From the NCBI GenBank assembly GCA_964187785.1, contig OZ076409.1, forward strand, positions 12,402,001 through 12,466,000: a stretch of DNA of 64,000 nucleotides, written 5' to 3'. This DNA comes from Amphiscolops sp. MND2022. Its lineage: Eukaryota. How positions within the stretch are numbered: the stretch's first letter is position 1; the number at the start of each line of letters is the position of its first letter. A program made the translations under genes and the position numbers. The notes under the pieces were generated by a model. The model did not search any database. It was not told the DNA's origin and saw only the letters and a list, made by a program, of their open reading frames with translations. Positions 56,201 to 64,000 of the stretch are shown one piece after another.

Positions 56201-56584
56201 AAGACTGCTTTTTGAGCTTAAGACGGGGCGCTGACTTCTGCCGATTCAGCCTTGTATTCATCTTATCACACAATTGTGTTGATTGCTGAAATAAGCTAAA
56301 ATATCTAAATCCGCCATTAATTGTCATATAGTTTTCTCGACCCCAGCAAAATAATATCAGGCACATATAACAGAAGTTGCCAACTCAGGGTAAACATATG
56401 GAATTTTTATCAACCACATTCACTGAATTAGGCCTAGTCGAAATGTGGCTAATTTCCAATGGCTGAAAAGTTGATTTTGTACCATCTAGAACGATACAAT
56501 CAATATGGCGTTCCTGCGAACATTCGTAAGTACCACTCTCCTGTCAAACAACTTCACTTCATAGTGAATACTGGTACGATGCTA

Positions 56585-57198
56585 TTTTTAGTCGGCGCCT
56601 TTCCCTTTAAGGAAAAAAGCCCGACTATTACAGTGGCTAGTTTTTTTTTTTCGTCAGACCACAGAGCTCATCGCGTATGTACCACTTTTTACAGAAACTG
56701 ATAAGTTCATTCAGGCCAAGTTCCACCAATGCAAACTTACTGCAAAGGGTTTTTTTACCTTTTTTACGTAACCTACAAAACCGGAAGACTCCAAAGGGTC
56801 CCCCCTTTCATTTTTTTTTCGGCACTGTGCGAATTTTTTTTTCGAAAATTTTTAATTTTTCAAAAGAGTCCCCCTTCGGATTTTTTGATATCTTGCAACA
56901 GAAAGTATGTTAATGAATCCCAAAGGGTCCCCCTTATCATTTTTCGGCACTATGCGACGTTTTCGAAGTTTTTTTTTAAAAAAAATTTTTCAAAAAAAAT
57001 TTTCAAAAAAATTTTCAAAAATTTTTTTCTTTCCAGTCGAGAAAAGTGATTTTCCAGTCATATCGAGCATGAAAGGCACACTTTGGGTGTCTCGAAAGTG
57101 TTTTCAAAGCTTTTCATGAATACATCCTGGGCATATTTAGAAAACTGAGCTTTTTGAGCCTTAGATATAGCGCCGACTTTAGACGTTCCCGTCTTGTT
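56585..57198 (+). mobile_element. Helentron/DINE-1-like non-autonomous element, family B copy 1
   Basis: 5' TTTT-AGTCGGCGC (56590) with partial internal IR CGACTA. 3' GCGCCGACT (57170-57178, reverse complement) then hairpin AGACG-TTCC-CGTCT and TGTT. Internal subrepeats CCAAAGGGTCCCC...TTTTCGGCACT.TGCGA. Confidence 0.7.
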
Positions 57199-57530
57199 TT
57201 CTATTTTTCAAGAGCACAATACAATAAAGTTGGTCCCTTAACTTGAGGGTTAAAAAGTGGTGGGTGAAGCATTATCGCCGAGTACCTCTTTCTGAGAAAA
57301 TTCGAAAAACCTGCCAAGTAAATCAAAAAGGAATTCTTTGTTTTCGACGTAGTTGCAAAACATCGAAATATTCCAAAATCTAAAAGAAAGACCCTTGTCT
57401 TTTCTAGAAACATTTAAAAAGCTAAAATTACTCGAGTAACTAGAGGAGGCTCCGGATGCCTTTCAATGCTTAAAAATAGGTTTGTGATCTGGCACAAAAA
57501 TTTTTCAAGAGATACTGCCATAATGAAACT

Positions 57531-58109
57531 TTATTTCGACTTTTTCTTAGCAATTACCGAATAAAATTTATAAACTTTGTAGTTGAAAAACAATAGCAAT
57601 ACATTTATAACGTATGTAGAAACACAAACGATGCATAAATCCTTTAGCACAAAAATGAGAATTGAAGCTAAGTAAATGACCATCAAAATAGATACCACTG
57701 AAAGCTGCAAAAGCAGTTTGAGAACCTTGACGTTGTGAAAAAGTCCCAAGGCAAATTGAAGAGTGAAGAAAACAATTCCGTAAATTGAATTCGGCATGTT
57801 TAAAAAGGATTCCTCGCCCAAAATGGGAGCCACGACTCCAAAACCAGTACTGTATTGAGAGGTCAGCACATTGCTACAGGACATCCATGAGTTCAGGTCA
57901 CATAAGGCAACATAAGAGGCGTCTTCGTGTTTCGACTTTTCAACAAAAAGCGCGAATGCTGAAATGACAACCCCGAAAACGCAAAGAATTCCCTGCGAGG
58001 CTTGGTAAAGGGCTACTCTAGAACTACCGAGTTTCATGGAGGATTTTCGGCGATTGGACCTACCATCGTCCATGCTGAGACCAGCATGCATATCTGAAAT
58101 GATTGACAT
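57531..58109 (-). CDS. VKORC1: Vitamin K epoxide reductase (VKORC1/VKORC1L1 family), single coding exon
   Basis: 192-aa ORF with the family loop cysteines (YVALCDLNSWMSCSNVLTSQYSTGFG), LNMPNSIYG, the active-site CXXC plus TY motif (LCIVCVSTYVIN), four hydrophobic segments and a C-terminal di-lysine (KKKSK). The true start may be a later Met (e.g. MKLGSS). Confidence 0.95.
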   Translation of the reverse strand: MSIISDMHAGLSMDDGRSNRRKSSMKLGSSRVALYQASQGILCVFGVVISAFALFVEKSKHEDASYVALCDLNSWMSCSNVLTSQYSTGFGVVAPILGEESFLNMPNSIYGIVFFTLQFALGLFHNVKVLKLLLQLSVVSILMVIYLASILIFVLKDLCIVCVSTYVINVLLLFFNYKVYKFYSVIAKKKSK

Positions 58110-58924
58110 CGGGTTAAAATGTCACGAAGAGAAGTTTTAGTTGAGCTCAACCTCGACAGTGATTTCGTCCTCAAATGAGGATCGCGATTTTTTTGCAACC
58201 AACAAAAAATTACGAAACACAAAAAAACAAGAAAACAAAAAATGTGTCTTTCTTATCGACAATCTATTGGACGAACTGAGGTGAGTTATTTGTGTCAATA
58301 TATTTTTTTCGGGGCAAAAAAGTAACTCGAAAAAAGTGAAAATTTGCGTGACGCTTAAGCTATGAGTACGACCGGCTTTGAAGTAGCACCAACTCCCAGC
58401 CTAACTAGTGCGCATTTGAAAGCTTATGGAAAGGCTTTCAGGAACAGAAAACTGATTTGAGTTGCGGCTATTATTCGAGAAGAAATGAAGCTTTGAAAAA
58501 AAATGTTGCCAAATTTTTGTCTATTTTTCAACTCCACGGTGTACTGTCGAGGTTATAAGACGAACCAATTTCAGCCAGAAAACCCATCAAAATTTGGAAC
58601 ATGATTGATTTAACTCAAACCCGGTGAAATAATAGCTTTCACTCAACACTCCAGTGTTCCTCATCAATTCAAGGTGTAAATTCGAAATTTATCAAATAGA
58701 TGTGGAAATGAGAATGATTTTTAGAATACACTCGAGAAAAACGGAGCATTTGATTGAGTAAATTTTCCATTTGACAACAAAAACCAAACATTTAAAGAAT
58801 ATACACACAAATAAATATACAAGATAATCGGATTCACGGCAGAATTCGATGAACCCAAAATGACTACTCATCCGTTCCGCAGAAAACAAATCTATACAAT
58901 TCCTGTAAGCTGTGTCATATATAT

Positions 58925-59213
58925 TTTTAGTCGGCGCTTCATGAAGTGAAACGCGACTATTAGAGTGGCTTTTCTTTTTTTTTTCAATCCACACAAACTG
59001 ACCAAAATAGTTCTACAAAATATTATTGCACTATTTGGTCTAGCGAGCTGAACCAGAAAGGTTTTTCCTGTTTTCCCGCGTAACATACCATACGTTTTTT
59101 CGTAAAATTTTGGATTTTCGAGTACTGTAAAAGAGAATACTTGACACTTGGAAGTCTTTTTGCTATTTTTGAGCCTTGGATATGGCGCCGACTTGGGCCG
59201 GTCCCGGCTTGTT
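58925..59213 (+). mobile_element. Helentron/DINE-1-like non-autonomous element, family B copy 2
   Basis: 5' TTTT-AGTCGGCGC (58929) ... CGCGACTA. 3' TTTTTGAGCCTTGGATATG-GCGCCGACT (59185-59193), then GCCGG-TC-CCGGC and TTGTT. Both termini match 56585-57198. Confidence 0.7.
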
Positions 59214-59381
59214 AAAATTATTGCGGTGAACCCTCGATGAGTAGTCGGATTAGTTTGTATCAAGGAATCAATCAAAGTGGGCAAAAATTTCTTGTAAACC
59301 ACTTCCCAATAGTTACGTTTCGAAATCAAAAGCTAGCTTTCAGTGAACTGGCATTAGCATTTTTGGAATTCAGACTGTCAG

Positions 59382-59521
59382 TCAATTAGTCTTTTTGGAT
59401 TCTCCTTTCCGGATGTGAGCAAGCTTCTCAAAATTGCTACACAGGAGAGTTTCGAACTTGTCTTTCAGCAAAGCTCCGTCTTCCGTGAAGAACTTCTCAA
59501 TCGGGAATTCGAATTGGGCTT
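59382..59521 (-). CDS. SPCS2: Signal peptidase complex subunit 2 (SPC25 family), coding exon 3 of 3
   Basis: Acceptor TTTTTCAG, phase 1, then EAQFEFPIEKFFTEDGALL..., which resembles the SPCS2 C-terminus (human EAEFTKSIAKFFDHSGTLV, recalled). TGA at 59384-59382. Confidence 0.88.
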
Positions 59522-59713
59522 CTGAAAAACATACCATTGATAGGTTTGCAAGAAAGAGCAACTTCACACTACACGATCATGAAAGGGAGAAAATTACCCA
59601 AAGGCGAAATTACCAAGATGAGCTTTGATACTTCATATTACTTTGGATTTGAAAAACTTCACAATTGTCATTTTTCCGTTTCACAAAATCAAATGATTCC
59701 AATGCCCATTTTG

Positions 59714-60690
59714 ACACAGAGGCGAAGCCGTGCTTCGCAAACACTTGCGAAGAAAGTTGCGAACTTTTGAAGAAACCCAAATAAGCAATATCATACGGAG
59801 AGCCAAGGGTAAAAGGACATTGTTAAAATTTCATCAATTTTACGCCAAAAAATCCCGAAGGGATACCCATAAAACTCGAAAACAATTCTTCTCCAACTGG
59901 AAACAACAGAAAACCCATCTTTCTCAACCGTAAAACTTTAAAAAACAGAAAATTTCAAAAAATTTTTTGATGAAGTTCTCCGGCAAGTCGCATAGTGCCG
60001 AAAACCTTGAGCAGTGCTTTATGCTCGCAAAACGTTTCGTTTCTAGTAAAAATTGAGGGGGCTTCGATGAAAACAAATTAGAAAAAAAAGTCGCATAGAA
60101 AAAACAGCGGTCTTTAAAAAAACAAAAATCGGATATAGCGTGCTGGGCCTGAGAAAACCTAATTTTAAGACAAAAATTATTCGATTTGAAAAATCTCACA
60201 ACGCCGAAAACTGTAAAAGGGGGACACTTTGAGATTTTTTAAACATCCATTCTGTTGCAAAATTTCAAAAAAATGAAGCGAGAATTGAAAAATTTTCAAA
60301 AAGAAACGAAAAAATGAGAATTTTCAACAGTCTCATAGTGCCAAAAAATCTGAAAGAAGGGACCCTTTGGGATTTAACATTCGTTCTGTTGCAAAATACC
60401 AAAAAATGAAGGGAGGAATCTTTTGTGACATGAAAAAAAATTGCGAAAAAAAGTCAAAGCCGAAATAACGCACAAAAAATTTTGGTCAAGGGCGAGACTC
60501 GAACCCACGTCCTTCTGCTTGGCAGACCTCAAATAATCCTAATTAACCTCTATGCCAAGTGCCAGAAGTTGCGACTTGCACGGCCACAAATTCAGACTAT
60601 GCGACTTGCGGTCTGAAACGAGAGAGTTGTCGCGCGGAAAAAAAGCACACGCACTGTCCCATAACACTTGCTTATCGCAAGTGTAATAAA
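59714..60690 (-). mobile_element. Helentron/DINE-1-like non-autonomous element, family A copy 2, in SPCS2 intron 2
   Basis: ACACAGAGGCGAAGCCGTGCTTCGCAA at 59714 (26/27 identical to 46352). ACACTTGCGA at 59741 is mirrored by TCGCAAGTGT at 60675, with a neighbouring partial IR (ACACTTGC, 60664) and AATAAAA. Internal CATAGTGCC(G/A)AAAA subrepeats. Confidence 0.7.
60484..60562 (-). pseudogene. Degenerate tRNA-like sequence (A/B boxes, long-variable-arm style)
   Basis: Minus strand reads TGGCATAGAGG ... TCTGC-CAA-GCAGA ... GTGGGTTCGAGTCTCGC ... ACCA. No complete cloverleaf. Confidence 0.55.
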
Positions 60691-60810
60691 AGGTCTGTTT
60701 CAAGAGTTCTGGTGAAACGTGGGAGAAAATTTTCATTGCAAACAAACGGAGCCAGTGATACGCATAAACCGGGAAATATTTCGAGGAAACCTTGACCGTG
60801 GAAAGAGATG

Positions 60811-61349
60811 CAGTTAACTCCGTTATTTTGTATCCGGATAATTTGGATATCCGTATCCGGATAAAATCTTCGTTTAATTCGTATGTATCTGAGCCCCCAT
60901 TTCGGCCGACTAAAGTAATATCAACCGGTTAATTCGTACTTCCCATTATTTGCACTATTTCAATCGGTTCCTAGCGATACGAATGGGTAGCATATTTGAG
61001 GCCCGAAGCTAGTGTAACTTGAGGCCCGATCAATTCGGTGAATGTTAGCGTCAGATATTGTATCAGCCAATATACATTTAACTTGATTTATTTGAAGAGG
61101 TTAGCATATTTGTTGTATGGTTCGGTCGCTTCGCTCCCTTCGCCAAGTAGCAACATTGAGGCATTGAGGCATGGCCATGTGGCATGTCGCTCCGCTTCGC
61201 TTCGCTCCTGCATTTAGGGCACTAGGGGTATGTGAAATAGCTGACTACGTTATAATAATAATTTCGATGAACAAATTTTCGGGCCTCAGATAACATTTCA
61301 TTATCGGGCCTGAATAAACGTTCCCAAACGAATTAGGCGGATTCAACTG
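60811..61349. mobile_element. Possible degenerate pogo/Tc1-type MITE in SPCS2 intron 2
   Basis: Left CAGTTAACTCCG, right end reverse complement CAGTTGAATCCG flanked by TA. Internal inverted motifs GAGGCCCGA x2 versus TCGGGCCT x2, and repeated TATCCGGATA palindromes. Confidence 0.4.
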
Positions 61350-61388
61350 TATTACTAAATTTTTACATGTAATAAAATGATGCACTAC

Positions 61389-61672
61389 CTCCTTTATGAG
61401 TGCCGTTCTGTAGATTGATAGAAAACTGGAAAATGTTCTGGTACTTCTTGAGGGAAGTGGAAAACTGGAGTTTGGCCGGTGCCCCCACAACCGTCTCCAT
61501 GTCTTCGCCCTCGTACACGATGTTCTTTTCTCTCAGCACCGTGAAAAGTGTGAACACCCCCATCATGGCGAAGTAGGAGATACTGCAGATGGCCAACACA
61601 CTCTTAGACTTCGGAAACGGGTTCACGTAGTCGTAGCCCAGAGCGAACAGAGATATGGAGACTGCTACGCTA
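61389..61672 (-). CDS. SPCS2: Signal peptidase complex subunit 2, coding exon 2 of 3
   Basis: Acceptor TGTTGCAG (phase 2). Encodes ALGYDYVNPFPKSKSVLAICSISYFAMMGVFTLFTVLREKNI, matching the SPC25 DY..PFP.SK.VL..C..SYF motif. Donor GAG|GTAGTG, phase 1, compatible with exon 3. Confidence 0.92.
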
Positions 61673-61698
61673 CTGCAACAGTACAATTATCAACTTGC

Positions 61699-62020
61699 TT
61701 GACATCGCTAACGTTTTTCGCTAAACCGCTAATTTCAAAATCGCTATTTCGCTGAAAAGCTCTTTTCAAATTAATTGTTTGACTTCAAGTACGTTGAAAA
61801 ATTAAATGGTAACTTAATTGTTTTTGCAAGAGAAAATACTAGAATTTTTCATACGGGTTTTACACGGGATAGAGTTGGAAATTTTTGAAATATTCGTGTA
61901 TACTCAGAGGAAATATTGAATTTAAACAGTTAATCAGTTGTTGCTAATTTGAATCGCTAATAAAATCGCTGAAAAATTCTGAGCGGCCGCTAATTCGCTA
62001 ATTAGCGGTGTCAAAACTCT
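61699..62020. mobile_element. MITE-like element in SPCS2 intron 1
   Basis: TTGACATCGCTAA (61699) / TTAGCGGTGTCAA (~62002), 12/13 inverted match. Multiple CGCTAA motifs cluster at both ends. Confidence 0.55.
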
Positions 62021-62401
62021 GTTGTTAATAGACTATCTTTCATAGACGAACAAAGATCCTCAATAGACTATCACATGCTAAATGAGCTTTTTAATAAAAA
62101 ATATATTATTTTATGTGAGTTGCACTCAACCCCAATATCAACTGCCCAATGATCATGATAGTGATATTTCAACGAACAGTATTTCAGCTTTCTGGAACAT
62201 TGATTGGATGTTATTTTCTTTAAAATAAGAGCTTTCAATTACTGTTCGCTTCACTGACGAAAACGTACACTAAAATAGTACAACGTTCCATCATTGCTTC
62301 GGATCCACACTCCAAATACAGTTAGAAAAACTTTGACATTTATAGGGCTAGAGACATTTATAACTAGTTAGTGATTCATCATAACACGGTGCAGGACGAA
62401 C

Positions 62402-62595
62402 CTGATGAACAAACGGGTATTCATGAGCTTGAACACTTCCTCGAACTTGAGTTTGTCCAGGGCTATTTGCTTGGCGGCGTCATCGATTGCATTTTTGACT
62501 GCACTGGAGTCCCAAGGATTCACCTGGATTGCGTGGTCTTTGTCATTGGCACTTTCAGAAGACGCGGCCTCGTTTTTGGAAAAAAGAAAACCCAT
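62402..62595 (-). CDS. SPCS2: Signal peptidase complex subunit 2, coding exon 1 of 3 (predicted 205-aa protein)
   Basis: MGFLFSK...VNPWDSSAVKNAIDDAAKQI...RLFI matches the SPC25 W/YD...VKN.LDD motif. Donor CAG|GTTCGT, phase 2. Exons 194+284+140 = 618 nt, in frame. An upstream in-frame ATG also exists near 62640. Confidence 0.92.
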
Positions 62596-63578
62596 TTTGG
62601 GGTGGAAAGCCAAAACAATCTGAAATTGAATAGACGTCATCACAAGTTCAATTTTGTTCTACCAACATATCGCCTTTTTTTCGCCATAAGCATTTTAAAA
62701 TGTTCGGAACTTTTCAAACGAATTTAAAATTTCCCAAAACGTCAGATACTTGCAACTGAAATTTCTCCTGACAAGTTTAAAGCAGTAATCATTTAAAACT
62801 CCGTATTAGATGTTATGCTTATTACAAAAAACTCAAAAGACATTTTCAAAAAGTCCAGTAAGGACATTCAAAATGAGAAAATGAGGGGACAACAAAATTC
62901 AGGGGAAAGTGTTTTCACGAAAGCCACGTACTGTTGGTCTAGTGTAAAAAGAAAGCCTTAGTTTCCAATCCCACTAAGCACCCAAACTTCGTTCGCCCGA
63001 ATCGAAACTAGCAAACATGACATTTTGAAAAAAAATCAAAACCAATTTACTTTGAGACTATTAATCATGGTTCAAATCAGTTCCCAATTTCTGAACAAAC
63101 AATTCATCACCTTATAGATGGATGCAACAGCGATAAATAATGTCTCAATTTCTGGCCATTTTTCTCAACATTGTTAAATGATTTTGGGCGTACTTTTCAA
63201 TAAATTTCAACCAGTTTTTCGCTTTTTCAACATTTTCATTTCAATATTTTCAAAAGTCGACATTGATGAGCATAACTGCACCTCAAGACAGCTGACTGAA
63301 ACTGTTTGAGCATTCCAGTTTTACCGACTCATCGGAACTATATGGGGGCTTTTCGGTGCTTACATTTTTTCGAAATTTTTCACCAAATGGTCCAAACATT
63401 TTTCATGCTTTTAGATACGTTTCAAGAGCTTAAAGGATCCCCTTTACACTTTTCGGCATTGTGCGACTTTTTTTTGAAAAAATCAAAAAAAATGGCGAAT
63501 TTGCGTTTTCAATGTTTTCAGTTGGAGAAAATAGGCCCTGCGGGGCACAGTATATTTCTGCTTTTAGGGTTTCTTGTT

Positions 63579-63990
63579 CAATAATAGAAGCATATCCTAA
63601 TCTATTATATAGCGCACAATTAATCACTCTACCAGTTTACACCGCCTTTAATTCTTCTTGGACTAGAGAAAATATAACTACTAAGCGTAGACGAAGTTTC
63701 GCATTCCCAATTGAATGCAGGCGAAGCTCTCGGCGAACGAATAATTAACACTCGTTCGCTTCATCTCAATGAATTCGGCGTACGAATGTATTATTACAAC
63801 TCGCTCGTTCCAGCGCAATTGTTGTCGGCAGCTTGAGAAATTTAATTCTCACGCTTACCACTCAGTGCCGAGCAAATTGTCTAAATTTTTCAGTAGGTAC
63901 TCGAAATCACGATGAAAATTGAACTGAAAAAAGTTGAATTGTTGAGATTTTAATATTTCTGCTATCGAGGAAATAATAAAAAGGGTTTCC
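63579..63990. mobile_element. Dispersed repeat, copy 2 of the element at 45487-45940
   Basis: Collinear shared blocks (see 45487). Carries a single diverged copy of the motif that forms the 84-bp tandem at 45617. Confidence 0.72.
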
Positions 63991-64000
63991 GAGCACAAAA

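Larger units (their letters stand above)
47181..56485. repeat. Large tandem segmental repeat: three copies of a ~2.7-kb unit U plus two copies of a ~0.6-kb leader X (X-U-u-X-U-U)
   Basis: TCATCGAAAACTTGAAAGAA at 47181 and 50532. AAACG(G/C)AACGCAATAAAGCGTTTGAGCTCCCAAGTG at ~47775, 50491, 51121 and 53805. Homologous short ORFs at 49616, 52959 and 55639 (offsets 3343 and 2680). Confidence 0.95.

Noticed and set aside
56459..57413. F/K-rich ORFs (also 58692-59329, 59730-60795, 63306-63748)
   Set aside because: These are low-complexity translations of A/T-tract-rich mobile elements.
62371..62727. Plus-strand ORFs overlapping SPCS2 exon 1 (and 57785-57967 over VKOR)
   Set aside because: They are antisense shadows of real minus-strand coding exons.

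Overview
AT-rich animal (eukaryotic) genomic DNA, not prokaryotic. Bases 1-~45356 are one uninterrupted head-to-tail satellite array of a ~104-bp monomer (~435-440 copies, continuing off the left edge). It is organised into successive domains of higher-order repeats (7-, 14-, 13-, 12-, 28-, 5+4-, 21/19- and 17-mer and longer). The array ends abruptly and is followed by non-autonomous transposon-like elements and a ~9.3-kb tandem block of a 2.7-kb non-coding unit (X-U-u-X-U-U, 47181-56485). Next come two minus-strand ER-membrane genes: a vitamin K epoxide reductase with an intron-free coding region (57531-58109) and a three-exon signal peptidase subunit SPCS2 (62595-59382). Two families of Helentron/DINE-1-like elements (subterminal inverted repeats plus 3' hairpin) are visible, and both copies of one family carry a tRNA-like Pol III A/B-box cassette. 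All repeat periods were counted by eye from marker motifs and ORF offsets; no database searches were run.
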